Shown here in pieces: positions 1 to 12,962 of a DNA stretch of 49,223 nt. This DNA comes from Octopus bimaculoides (taxonomy: Eukaryota), in assembly GCF_001194135.2 (NCBI RefSeq), contig NC_068989.1, positions 79,555,875 to 79,605,097 of the forward strand. The letters run 5' to 3'. Each line of letters starts with the position of its first letter. Within the stretch, counting starts at the first letter, position 1. Under the pieces are notes generated by a model. That model saw only the letters and a program-made list of their open reading frames with translations, was not told where the DNA came from and did no database searches. A program made the translations under genes and the position numbers.

Positions 1-289
1 GAGCTCTGTTTTTAGTATTGATCTAACTTGTCTATAGTACTCTTTCTTTATTTTTTTCTTTCATTTGTGTATGTTGTATCCTATCTAGTTCATTGACTCC
101 TAAATACTTATATGGTTGGCTTTCGTCTAGTTCTCTTATTTCATTGGCTTTATCTAGTGTTATATTGCTACTTTTAACTAATTTTCCTCTTTTCAGGGTT
201 GCTTTGGCACATTTTTCTAATCCGAATTTCATTTCTATTTCCTTGGTAAAGCCGTGTACTGTCTGTAGTAGTGTTTCTAGCTCTTTGTC

Positions 290-290
<1 letters not shown>
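1..290 (-). mobile_element. R4/Dong-like non-LTR retrotransposon, reverse transcriptase fragment (5'-truncated, continues off the window)
   Basis: Translation NDKELETLLQTVHGFTKEIEMKFGLEKCAKATLKRGKLVKSSNITLDKANEIRELDESQPYKYLGVNE matches the post-YMDD FGLxKCAK...YKYLG region of R2/R4-type RTs. Confidence 0.8.
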
Positions 291-340
<50 letters not shown>

Positions 341-342
<2 letters not shown>

Positions 343-440
343 GGCAGCGAGCTTGCAGAATCGTTAGCAGGATTCTGACTCCAGCTTTACGTGGTTGATA
401 AATTACCAGTTAAGTCAATATGCCAGTATGTACTGCTCTA
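341..440 (+). mobile_element. tRNA-derived SINE family A, internally deleted fragment
   Basis: Head aaggcagcgagcttgcagaatcgttagca, shared with many copies in the window; follows a (TTA)n tract. Confidence 0.6.
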
Positions 441-2422
441 CTCCAACAAAAATAAGAGAAAATTTGCTTAGTTATCTTTCAATCTTTTAACTAAAAAAAA
501 AATGTCACTTTACCTCACCTCAGCATATGAAACCATGCGCCTACAATCAGCTTCAGATTTCCTTGTAATGACTTCTGCCGTTGAGTGATCTTGAGATTGA
601 CTCTGGCTACCATGTGTTTTGTGAATTAAATATACATATCCCTGAATTATATCACAGGTAACATTCCCTATCGGCTGAATAGAACGCAAGATTGCCAATT
701 TACGAATTCATCAACAAAGTTAGTGTTTTTGCTACTTCTACTATCATGCGACACCTGTTTAGGTAGCTAGATAGACGCATTTGTCTCATTACATTTAAAT
801 TTGATACCGTTCCAGATATTTAGTGATATACAGTATGTAATAGAACTAATGTCCATGAGTATATGATCTTGTCAACGTGTTATCTTCTTCGTATTATATA
901 ATAAAGAAAGCATTGCTCTACTTCAGATCCAAGTAGGCAAATTATGAGTCACTAATTTCTCAAGTAGCTCTCTGTTACTCAATTGATATGGCCGTTGGTG
1001 TTCCCATCGGAAATAGAGAAATATCGAAAATGTATGTCGAGAGGCGTCGGGTCAAAATTCTGTGAAAGTGTAATGAATTAATACGGATTTTCGAGCTTCT
1101 TAGACGGCCACTGAGACAGCTAAAGTGTCTCAGAGATGCTATACCTGAATATTTCATGTATATCGTGTTGTTTCTTGCAACAACATTACGCCCATCCATC
1201 ACCACTACCAACACCATCAATAACAACAGCGGAACATCAGTTGCAAAGCCAACAATGTATGAATGGTAATTTAAAAACCAGTTGATTAACTGTCACGTTG
1301 CTGGACTGTTGAGCTTTAATATTTGATATAGCTCTGTAGCGTTGATTAATTCAACAACAAAAGCTACTGACAATGACCAAGATACCTTATTTACGAAGAA
1401 GAAGATAATTTCTTCTAAGGCATTGGGAAATGGCACGACAACTGTAATTTATGAGAGAAGATTCCAGCAACACGTTCATTCTAGTATTAAGTACTTCAAT
1501 ATACGATATAATGTATGCTTTCATGCATTTCGTAAAAGTATATAACAATGAAAACTGGATGGCAGACATAATGCCCGATCAGCTTAGGAATGCATCAAGG
1601 TGTTAATATCATTATTGTAGTTATGTAACCACAGGTAGGACCTCATCAAGCAGGTATATAATCATGAACGTTCCAAACACGATCACCCCGCCGTATATTT
1701 TTATATCCATAATTTATCAACGACTACATTATCTTGTGGAAATATTTCAGAAAACTGATAGCATTACTTGGTTCAGTGCAAAATTATTTATCATCCTCAG
1801 TCACAAAGCATTTAAAAAATGTTCCTAAAAAGATTACCCAAGGCCGGATTTGCAAATTATTTGCACAGATCCAACAACTATAGATATAATCTTCCAACTC
1901 ATGAAAGCTATAAAATATTTTAACTACAAAAGCATGTCTAATCTGTATTTCTTTCCCATTGATGTTCTTCTGAAACATTTCTGCTTTAGTTTTTGTTTTT
2001 TTCTTTATGCAAAGAATATTGTATAACTTCCTGAGTTTGTCATGGTCTATCAGCTTTACACGAATGTAAACTGATCATATAAAGAAAGAAATAGTATCCT
2101 TCTCTGCTTTTTAAAAACGGTTGAGTTTGATATGGAATAAGAGATTCGGTTGCAGTTTATCGATGCGTGGAATAACAGCATACAAACTCTATTATTGTTC
2201 TTGACTTCAGCGAGGAAGTCAAAGCATCAATGACATCAAAACTAGTTTTACCCACCATTAGCAAACATGGCAATAACATAAAAGAATTACAAATAAATTC
2301 GTTAAAATTCAAATTATAAACAACAAACAGAAATGACAAAACTAAAAGCAACACTACCGTAATATTAACTTTGCCACAGATGTTTCGAATTTCGTCTCCA
2401 GGTTCTTTGATGCACTAAAATG

Positions 2423-2477
<55 letters not shown>

Positions 2478-2506
2478 GTCTTATATCACATTACATTACA
2501 TATATA

Positions 2507-2589
<83 letters not shown>

Positions 2590-3004
2590 GTGCGTGTGTG
2601 CGTGTGCGTGTGTGTGCGTGAGTGTGTGTGTGTATTTGTGTGTGTGTGTATATATGTAGCTATGTATATATGTGTACATGTATACATAAAAATAACACAC
2701 ACATACATATATACATGCATACACACATATACACACGCATATATATATTTATATATATATGCAAGAATGATATAACACGCAGATGGAAGATATGAGGACT
2801 TAATTATAGTCACACAATTTCTTTATCTGCACAGCACCACCTGATGAAGCGCCCACCCACGGCTGTTGCTGAAAAATATTCTACAATGTACTAATTATAA
2901 GCAATAATCTTGAATAATAATATATGAATATAAATTCAGCAACTAAAAGCTGGTGAGCGGTGCAGAAACAAATGTTATGATCTAATATTGAAGCCTGAGA
3001 AGGC

Positions 3005-3405
3005 GACAAGCCTGTAGAAAGGTTAGCACGCCGGGCGAAATGCTTGGCGGTATTTCGTCTGCCGCTACGTTCTGAGTTCAAATTCCGCCTAGGTCGACTT
3101 TGCCTTTCATCCTTTCGGGGTCGATTAAATAAGTACCAGTTACGCACTGGGGTCGATATAATCGACTTAATCTGTTTGTCTGTACTTGTTTGTCCCCTCT
3201 GTGTATAACCCCTTGTGGGCAGTAAAGAAATAGGTATTTCATCTGTCTCTACATTCTATGTTCAAATTCCGCAGAGGTCGATTTTGCCTTTCATCCCTTT
3301 GGGGTCGATAAATTAAGTACCAGTTGCATACTGGAGTCAATCTAATCGACTGGGCCCCCGTTCCCCAATATTGCGGGCCTTGTGCCTAAAGTAGAAAAGA
3401 ATATC
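3005..3405 (+). mobile_element. SINE family A, one near-complete copy plus a second partial copy
   Basis: gttagcacgccgggcgaaatgct...gagttcaaattccgcc (B-box-like)...ctttcatcctttcggggtcgat..., with the B-box segment repeated from about 3240. Confidence 0.8.
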
Positions 3406-3585
3406 GAAGCCTGATATCCTCCATTCTTGTGTTATAATATTCTAATATAAATATAATGCAAACAAGAACCCTACGTGTAAGCAGCCCTGAAATATACCCC
3501 ACTATAGGATAACATGTGTTAGCCAAATAACGGCATAAAAGCTCATAAATGCACGCTACTAGATTTTTAACTGGACTATACAATA

Positions 3586-3735
3586 TAGCTTAGTGGTTAG
3601 AGTGTTGCACTAAAGATTGTGAGATCGGGGTTTCGATTCTCAGATCGGGCATTACTTTGTGTTCTTGAGCAAAAATACCTCATGTCACATTGCTCTGCTA
3701 TCATTTCGTCATCTGACATATATAGCACGTCGTGC
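3586..3735 (+). mobile_element. tRNA-derived SINE family D (CORE-like), 5' part
   Basis: A-box tagtggttagag, B-box ggtttcgattc, then tgtgttcttgagcaaaa, a CORE-like motif also present at 16055 and 25920. Confidence 0.65.
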
Positions 3736-3887
3736 ACCCGTACAAATAACCTTGATTTTATGGAGAGAGTCAGCTATTGTGGACACAGACATTTGATCAT
3801 TTTCAACAAGCGAAGTGTATGGTTGTTCACAAGAAATTGCAGGTGCCCTCATGTGTCGTCTAACGACGGGAGAGTCCATGATGAAGT

Positions 3888-4275
3888 CATTTTTTGTGGC
3901 ACTCCGTCGCTTACGACATCGAGGGTTCCAGTTGATCCGATCAACGGAACACCCTGCTCGTGAAATTAGCGCGCAAGTGGCTGAGCACTCCACAGACACG
4001 TGTACCCTTAACGTAGTTCTCGGGGAGATTCAGCGTGACACAATGTGACAAGGCTTGCCTTTTGAATTACAGGCACAACAGAAACAGGAAGAAAGAGTGA
4101 TAGGAAGTTGTGGTGAAAGAGTACAGCAGGGTTCGCCACCATCCCCTGCCGGAGCCTCGTGGAGCTTTAGGCGTTTTCGCTCAACAAACACTCACAACGC
4201 CCGGTCTGGGAATCGAAACCGCGATCCTATGATCGCGAGTTCGCTGCCCTAGCCACTGGGCCATTGCGCCTCCAA
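3888..4275 (-). mobile_element. tRNA-derived SINE family B (tRNA-Arg-like head, OR-type), full length with 12-bp TSD
   Basis: Minus-strand head with A-box cagtggctagg and B-box ggtttcgattcc. Direct repeat ccatgatgaagt at 3876-3887 and 4276-4287. A near-identical copy lies at 33348-33807. Confidence 0.88.
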
Positions 4276-4549
4276 CCATGATGAAGTACTTACACATATA
4301 CTGAATGCGCCAGAAAAACGTCCTATATTTATCATGTGCATTGGTATGGCGCTATTCACGTCAGACAGGTGGTAAAGGTTTACTCATAGAGCTAGTGTTT
4401 ACAGCGCTATTTTTCACTTACTATGATACTTTAGATTGGTGTCCACTGTGTGTTTGCGGTTGAAACGTTTGTGAACGTGTATAATGTGCGAGGGATTTTG
4501 TCGCACCAAGTACATTGATACATGTTTGTGTGTGCAAGAGAGAGAGAGT

Positions 4550-4626
<77 letters not shown>

Positions 4627-4895
4627 GGAGATAGGTGTGATGGTAATTTCATAGTTCGAGGAAGACCAATATATTTTGCATCCCTTACACAAACACACTC
4701 ACAGTGACACACACGTAGACGCGCACACACACACGTGCACACATACACACACATACACAAGGATATTCATAAGCATTCATACACAGCCACATGCATAAAC
4801 AGAGACATGTATGTAATACAAAGACGTGGAGACGTGAGCTCACATATGAGTAATGGAGAGTTGCTTCGCTTTGTGTCCCGTTACGTATAGAAATA

Positions 4896-5123
4896 TCGGG
4901 TTGTCCGGAAAGTTCGTGCCGATTTTTAGAGGAAAGAAAAAGGTCAATGAATACTTGCCATTACATTTTTAATCAACCAAATATGAACCATTTTGTTGCA
5001 CAATACGTCTCCATCTTTCCTTTAACTTGAAAATACCCTCTTCCCAGATTTGAGGTGATTTCATGGCATATAAGTCGAAAGGTAAGCTACCATAAATCGG
5101 CACGAACTTTCCGGACAACCCAA
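4896..5123 (-). mobile_element. Internally deleted mariner (MITE-like)
   Basis: 30-bp TIRs with 29/30 identity (t[c/t]gggttgtccggaaagttcgtgccgattt) and TA on both sides. The minus strand encodes WEEGIFKLKERWRRIVQQNGSYLVD*, a mariner transposase C-terminus (about 5050-4969). Confidence 0.9.
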
Positions 5124-5242
5124 TATATAGGTCTACATATTTAGGTAACTATTTCCAAATAGGTACGCACACACACAAACAAATGCACAACATACTACAC
5201 ATATCGCCACCGCCACATATATACACATATTTACATACATAC

Positions 5243-5285
<43 letters not shown>

Positions 5286-5906
5286 GTAGTATATTGCCAC
5301 TTAAGTGTGGCTGACCCCTAGAGAATTAACATTGCTTATATATATATATATATATATATATATAATGTATTTATATAATGTATTTATATGAATAGACATG
5401 CATATATTTACACGTGCGTATGATCGTTCATGTATAATTTTAGGAAAAGCGTTGCAGAAATAGAGTGGTACAAATTACTAACTTCTCTGACAACCTGCTT
5501 GTGAAAGCTGTAGGTTTTAGCAAAGTATGACATCTTTATGCTAGAATAAACAAGCTTCGTCCAATAATAATATATGTATAAAATATACATATTTATTTCA
5601 AAGTATCTATAACATCACTTGTCTTTATCTTACATTCTGTTTAGTGTTTTTACATCGAAGTATAATACAAGAGATATGAATATTTCATATCTCTTTTTGG
5701 GGTTTTGTTGAAGTAAGTTTACGATGATTATATTCGTGTCGCATCTATGAAATATCTATTTCCGTTGTACATACACACATACAAACTCAGATACATACAT
5801 TCACCCATAGATAAACACATACTTACACACATACACAAGCACAAACACACACAGACACTAACACACGCACACGTATATATATATATATACATACACAGAT
5901 ATATGT

Positions 5907-5942
<36 letters not shown>

Positions 5943-6037
5943 CATCATCATTAAGGTTTTTTTCATACTGAACTACTTGGCAAAATTGTTAATTATTAAT
6001 TCTATTATTAATTGACGATTCTCTGCCCTTGTTCTTG

Positions 6038-6073
<36 letters not shown>

Positions 6074-6844
6074 NNNNNNNNNNNNNNNNNNNNNNNNNNN
6101 NNNNNNNNNNNNNNNNNNNNNNNNNNNNNNNNNNNNNNNNNNNNNNNNNNNNNNNNNNNNNNNNNNNNNNNNNNNNNNNNNNNNNNNNNNNNNNNNNNNN
6201 NNNNNNNNNNNNNNNNNNNNNNNNNNNNNNNNNNNNNNNNNNNNNNNNNNNNNNNNNNNNNNNNNNNNNNNNNNNNNNNNNNNNNNNNNNNNNNNNNNNN
6301 NNNNNNNNNNNNNNNNNNNNNNNNNNNNNNNNNNNNNNNNNNNNNNNNNNNNNNNNNNNNNNNNNNNNNNNNNNNNNNNNNNNNNNNNNNNNNNNNNNNN
6401 NNNNNNNNNNNNNNNNNNNNNNNNNNNNNNNNNNNNNNNNNNNNNNNNNNNNNNNNNNNNNNNNNNNNNNNNNNNNNNNNNNNNNNNNNNNNNNNNNNNN
6501 NNNNNNNNNNNNNNNNNNNNNNNNNNNNNNNNNNNNNNNNNNNNNNNNNNNNNNNNNNNNNNNNNNNNNNNNNNNNNNNNNNNNNNNNNNNNNNNNNNNN
6601 NNNNNNNNNNNNNNNNNNNNNNNNNNNNNNNNNNNNNNNNNNNNNNNNNNNNNNNNNNNNNNNNNNNNNNNNNNNNNNNNNNNNNNNNNNNNNNNNNNNN
6701 NNNNNNNNNNNNNNNNNNNNNNNNNNNNNNNNNNNNNNNNNNNNNNNNNNNNNNNNNNNNNNNNNNNNNNNNNNNNNNNNNNNNNNNNNNNNNNNNNNNN
6801 NNNNNNNNNNNNNNNNNNNNNNNNNNNNNNNNNNNNNNNNNNNN
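6074..6844. other. Assembly gap (one of 13 N-runs)
   Basis: Other gaps: 11541-11680, 16412-16796, 21679-21771, 22452-23147, 26871-27176, 28008-28630, 29907-30425, 33711-33795, 38992-39327, 44010-44136, 45018-45235, 46687-46696. Most are flanked by (TA)n or (CA)n. Confidence 0.99.
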
Positions 6845-6865
6845 TATATATATATATATATATAC

Positions 6866-6921
<56 letters not shown>

Positions 6922-7599
6922 GTGTGTGTGTGTGTGTGATTATATGCACGTATGTACACGCACTATTTGCCACTAATATACGCACATATTCATACTCACA
7001 CGCAGGTACCTACATGCAAATGTATGCATACCTATATACTATTACACCCATATACATACATATTTACATATCTGCTATAGATCATTGACTCAACAATTTT
7101 CTTTTCAGGAAATAGAATGTTTTCTGAAAATTTCAGCTATTACCTTATCTCGCTTTATACGTTAGTGAAATTTGACATCAATAAGTCATTTGCATTCGAC
7201 TTCTCGGATGTCTGACAGGAATCAAAATATTAGTGTTATATTGTAAAATAGCATTAGCACATTGTTGAGATTAACAAACATATATATATATATATATACA
7301 CATACACACAATACATGCTTTTATGAGCTACTAATAATTTCATGTGTTGAGAACTACTTCAAGCATATTCATCAGGCACATATCACAAGGAAATAAAAAT
7401 GATATTATATGATATATATATATACATATACATATATATAAATCATATGTATATATATTATATAACATACACACATATATAATTGTACACACACATACAC
7501 AAACACACACACATATATATACATATATCTACATACATTCATACTTATATATAGATACCTATTCTTAAAGTTTTCTATAGCTTCAGTAGCATATGATAA

Positions 7600-7662
<63 letters not shown>

Positions 7663-7663
7663 G

Positions 7664-7749
<86 letters not shown>

Positions 7750-8720
7750 TACTGAAGCTACACAAAGTACGAAATATTGAGAATTCAAAAGGCGTTCAAA
7801 CGTGTATGAATGGTGGTTGTAATCGTAAAGAAATTTTTTATCAAGATATATTAGAAGTGAGCAAGAAAATATATTCAACGTCTTTTGTATGGCCGTAGTA
7901 GATAATAAAAATTGGGAAAAAAGAAGGGTAGGATAGGATATGAATTAGTGTGGGTAAGAGAAGAGACAAGGGGTTGCATTGCATGCATATTTATATTAGT
8001 TTTTTACTGCTCTTTTTCTTTAGATAGGTACCAAGCTGGAGCAGGACCTTAAAAGATTTTAGTCTATCATGTAGATAGATCCCAGTATTCGTTTCAATTT
8101 GATAACTGTTTTATTGAACTTTTTCATGAACCGCTATGTTATAGGACTTAAGATGAAAGATAGAAACCCATCATTTATTAACACTGGTTCATGATCTAAA
8201 TATAAACACAAACATATATATATGCATTACACACATATACTTATATACATACGCACATATGTATATAAATATATATACTTATTTATGTATGAAAGGTAAA
8301 ATATTCACCATTCAAAAGTGAATGTTGCGTTAGCACACACAAATGCTCCGATATTTACCAAGAGAGAAAACACTCTCATATGGTTCTACGGTGCATAAAA
8401 GCACATCATAGCTATTACCAACGTCAGAGGATCACAACTACGTCTGCCATGACTACCAGAGCATGTGATTTCGGCCTCTTTTGGCCGGTAGGTATATAAA
8501 TATATATACACACATGTAAACGTCGTGCACATATATGTGTTTTATGGTCCTGCTTAAAAAAAAAAAAAAAAAAACATGGAAAAGGTAATCCAGGTTAAAG
8601 TCTTGAATTGATAGAGTGAGTATATTTAATTACTTTTACAAAACTAGTCCTGTTTCATTCATTTTTAAAATCATCTGACGGTATAAGAATTATAATTACA
8701 CACACACACACACAGACACA

Positions 8721-8826
<106 letters not shown>

Positions 8827-8979
8827 AATCCATAGGTTTTTTATCCACTCTCTAAGAATGTAGGCTCGAAATGTAAAGGACTTTCTCACCTTCCCGAGCG
8901 TCAAACTAATGCATCTGCTTGTTGTTTATACACCTGTCTTCGTCTTTTGCTTTTCTGTAAATTTCATGATCATGATCAT

Positions 8980-9159
8980 CATCCATGAACATCGTCATGA
9001 TCTTCATCATCATCATCATCATCATAATCATCATCATCACGATCATAATCATCATCAAGATCATAATCATCATTATCACCACCACCACCACCACCACCAC
9101 CACCACTACCACCACCACAACAACCGTCGTCGTCGTCATCGTCATCGTCATCATCATCA

Positions 9160-9221
<62 letters not shown>

Positions 9222-9280
9222 GTCATCGTCATCGTCATCGTCATCATCATCATCATCATCATCATCACCACCGTCATCAG
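8980..9280. repeat. Compound trinucleotide microsatellite (CAT/CAC/CGT)n
   Basis: Seen directly in the sequence; explains the His/Asp/Met/Ile low-complexity ORFs. Confidence 0.97.
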
Positions 9281-9677
9281 CAAACTGCCAGCCATTAAAT
9301 TGAGAAACGACTGTATAATTCAAATTTAATAAAGAACAGATTAAAAAGAATAGGTTTAATGCATAAATAAATAAACCGATGATAAGCATTTAAGTGAGGG
9401 ACGGACAGGAATGAATAAGTTAAAAGAAGTGAAATGAGGAAATGAATAAAATTATATAAATACATTATGAGTGATAGATAAGTCGATGAATAAATGAAAA
9501 TAGATTAATTTTTAGTTAGGAATTCATTTTCTTTATCAGTTTATCTACTCTATATATTAATTTAGCTGACCCTGGTGGAAGTGTTCATTATGCATTAAAA
9601 CTTTCATAATGTTTATATTACAGAATTATTCTCAATCTGATGCCTCGATATTTCTCACTGGATAGTGATGGAAACGG

Positions 9678-9794
9678 CGAACGACGACGACGACGACGAC
9701 GATGATGATGATGATGATGCTGATGAGGTGGAGGAGGAGGAATATGGTGATGATGATGATGATGATGATGGTAATAACAATAGTAGTAGTCGTG

Positions 9795-9829
<35 letters not shown>

Positions 9830-9830
9830 T

Positions 9831-9866
<36 letters not shown>

Positions 9867-9946
9867 GTAGTAGTAGTAGTAGTAGTAATAGTAGTAGTAG
9901 TAGTAGTAGTAGTAATAGTAGTAGTAGTAGTAATAGTAGTAGTAGT

Positions 9947-9984
<38 letters not shown>

Positions 9985-10048
9985 TAGTAGTAATAGTAGT
10001 AATAGTAGTAGTAGTAGCAGCAGCAGCAGTAGCAGTAGTAGTAGTAGT

Positions 10049-10081
<33 letters not shown>

Positions 10082-10102
10082 GGCAGTAGTAGTAGCAGCA
10101 GA

Positions 10103-10175
<73 letters not shown>
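9678..10175. repeat. Compound trinucleotide microsatellite (GAC/GAT/GTA/TTA/GCA)n
   Basis: Seen directly in the sequence. Confidence 0.97.
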
Positions 10176-10184
10176 TTTGCCAGA

Positions 10185-10330
10185 AGGGCAGCCATTTAGT
10201 GAGAGGGGATGAGTCGAATACATTGTCCCCAGTGTTTCACTGATACTTAATTTATCGACCCAGAAAAGTTGACATCGGTAGAATTTGAACCCAGAATCTA
10301 GCTGCAGGCGAAATACCACCAAACATTTAG
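10185..10330 (-). mobile_element. SINE family A, partial decayed copy
   Basis: gatacttaatttatcgaccc...agaatttgaacccagaa, the reverse complement of the family A body. Confidence 0.6.
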
Positions 10331-11059
10331 GATACACTCATCACCAGGCACTACCCACCATCACTAATTGATATATGCTTTCAACCTGCCCTACAACTCA
10401 ACATCCATGAACTCAAGCATCCCCAATTAAAGAACGATTTACAACGAAAAGCCCTACCATACATCTCCACATACAACCCTCTTAACAATGAAGCCTTCCA
10501 CACCATCCTCCAGAACATTCCCCTACTAAAAAAGTTCCACAGAATGAATTTAATCCTCCAAACGCTCACCATCATAAAGAGCAAAAGACAACCCAAATCT
10601 ATGAAAAGTTTCCTAACACAAGTCCAAGTACGCTCTACAACAACACTGAAGCCGTCAGTAAAAAAATGCGGAAGACCTAACTGTGGGGTATGCGTCAACC
10701 TAATTGAGGGATCGGAGTTCTCTTTCAAACAGGGTCAACATTTCACAGTGAAAAGCAACTTTACATGTGCTTCGGAGAACCTAAAATATGTATTATCTTC
10801 TGAGTGTCGAGAGCAATACATAGTTCTACATAGATCCCAGATCAAAATTCAGGGATACAGAAGAATAACATTCAGCGAACACATCGACATTTGCGCCACC
10901 AACAAACAACCCAGCTTCAGAATGTTTCCCCTCTATAAATTCAGGGACGATGTAACGTGTAGTCAGCGCATTAAGACAGAAGCATATTTTAACACAAAAT
11001 ATAAACCCCTTTTGAATGCTTCCACCACAAATGAAACTATTACAAGAGCATTAGAATAA
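10331..11059 (+). mobile_element. Penelope-like element fragment (RT linker and GIY-YIG endonuclease)
   Basis: Frame open from 10331 to 11059: LPYISTYNP...IIKSKRQPK...CGRPNCGVC...FTCASENLKYV...CREQYI...HRSQI...HIDIC...FPLYK...KYKPLLN. This is the typical Penelope C-terminal layout with a CxxxxCxxC zinc knuckle; the GIY-YIG motif is damaged. Confidence 0.85.
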
Positions 11060-11206
11060 TACCCACGCAGGTATTAAAAACGATATATTTAGAACAATCA
11101 CTACCCATGAATTTATTCAGAACAATTCCAGTCACTATTATAACCACAACGGGTCACTTTTAGGTCACTTGACCATTTAAGAGGATTCCACCAACATCCT
11201 ATTACT

Positions 11207-11330
11207 GTCATTCTTCTTCTTCTTCTTCTTCTTCTTCTTCTTCTTCTTCTTCTTCTTCTTCTTCTTCTTCTTCTTCTTCTTCTTCTTCTTCTTCTTCTTC
11301 TTCTTCTTCTTCTTCTTCTTCTTCTTCTCA
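11207..11330. repeat. (TTC)n microsatellite
   Basis: About 40 perfect units; source of the poly-Arg ORF. Confidence 0.98.
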
Positions 11331-12496
11331 TCCTTTCTCAACTACTACTGCTGCTTAAACAATCCAAACCAAGAACTCATATCAAATATTAGGACTACTA
11401 CTGCCTGCTACCTATTACCAAGACATCACGTGAGTAAAAAAGAGAGACAGAGACAGACAGACAGAGACAGACAGACGGAGACAGACAGACAGAGACAGCA
11501 TTCGAAAACTATGTAAATATTTTTTAAAAAGAATTCATTTNNNNNNNNNNNNNNNNNNNNNNNNNNNNNNNNNNNNNNNNNNNNNNNNNNNNNNNNNNNN
11601 NNNNNNNNNNNNNNNNNNNNNNNNNNNNNNNNNNNNNNNNNNNNNNNNNNNNNNNNNNNNNNNNNNNNNNNNNNNNNNNNATATATATATATATATATAT
11701 ACACGCACAAACGTCTGTGTGTATTTATGTGTTTATGCATACATATTTCAGTTAAGCACTTTTTACATAATATATATCTACATACTCAGAGATTATATGT
11801 ACAAATATAAGTAAAAAAATATATATAGATGGATTGTCAACGTGGAAGTTCTTGCCATTGATAATCAATATATAAGCGAGCGAACCATTAATACTCTAGT
11901 TAACGGTAAAAGCCTTTGCTTTTTGCGTGCATTTGATAACATAAAGTAGGTCTCATAAATTTATACACTATCCACGAAGAATCATAGTTACAACCGTGTA
12001 TATTTCTGATAAAGACGATTATCTTTGTGTGGCTAACAGCGAATTATCTTCATAAACTGTCAAAGTATCTCGTCATATCGAGAAAATAATACCAGTAAAT
12101 ATTTAAGTGCAGGGATTTAAACCTCGAACAATATATTCAAATCTTAAAAGTAATGTGGTTTAAGAAAAAACAACGCTCATTTTTGTGTCTTCTAGGCAAA
12201 CATTATAAACGTTTTAGAGTTGTTGGCGCATCGTTGGTAATTGTATAGAGAATATTTTCCGATAAAACTTTGTGAGTTTTAGACTGCTATACATAAATAT
12301 TTCAATAAAGGTCATAGAGGTGTGATCTGGCAGAAACAGCGATTGACATTTCAATTGTTTTGTTGTCTTTGTTTTTGTGGTGGCGCCTATATACGTTGTA
12401 AGTTCAATTCCGACCAGTAAGTGAAGTAACTTTGTATCTATGCCTCGAGTAAATTCAATTCACTGTTCAGATATGCGGTATGCTACCGATGTACTA

Positions 12497-12885
12497 AAGT
12501 AGCTTGCTTACCGACCACATGGTTCCGGGTTCAGTCCCACTGCGTGGCACATTGGGCAAGTGTCTTCTACTATAGCCTCGGGCCGACCAAAGCCTTGTGA
12601 GTGGATTTGGTAGACGGAAACTGAAAGAAGCCCGTCGTATATATGTATATATATGTGTGTGTTTATGTGTCTGTTTGTCCCTCCACCAACATCGCTTGAC
12701 AACCGATGCTGGTGTGTTTACGTCCCCGTAACTTAGCGTTTCGGCAAAAGAGACCGATAGAATAAGTACTAGGCTTCCAAAGAATAAGTCCTGGGGTCGA
12801 TTTGCTCGACTAAAGGCGGTGCTCCAGCATGGCCGCAGTCACATGACTGGAACAGGTAAAAGAGTAAAAAAGTAAAAGAGTATAT
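12497..12885 (+). mobile_element. tRNA-derived SINE family C, near full length
   Basis: aagtagcttgctta...ggttccgggttcagtcccactgcgtggc..ttgggcaagtgtc...gcatggccgcagtc. Homologous copies at 25513 and 46848. Confidence 0.88.
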
Positions 12886-12890
12886 ATGCC

Positions 12891-12962
<72 letters not shown>

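Noticed and set aside
2354-2414. ttttag|T acceptor giving an in-phase GnRHR tail S-ASKNLETKFETSVAKLILR*
   Set aside because: Weak acceptor directly after a (GATA)n tract; no similarity to the recalled receptor tail.
2831-2880. Plus-strand CTGATGA-agc...gct-GAAA as a hammerhead
   Set aside because: Core and a 3-bp stem II are present, but no stem I can be formed in either the type I or type III topology.
3586-4275. tRNA genes
   Set aside because: The A/B boxes belong to SINE heads that continue into repeated non-tRNA bodies; no complete cloverleaf.
5973-7088. Long ORFs spanning N-runs (also near 16.3, 22.4, 26.7, 27.8, 29.8, 38.9 and 44-45 kb)
   Set aside because: Artefacts of untranslatable gaps flanked by (TA)n or (CA)n.
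8906-10337. Poly-His/Asp/Ser/Thr/Val/Tyr ORFs
   Set aside because: Translations of trinucleotide microsatellites, open in most frames; no splice or domain support.
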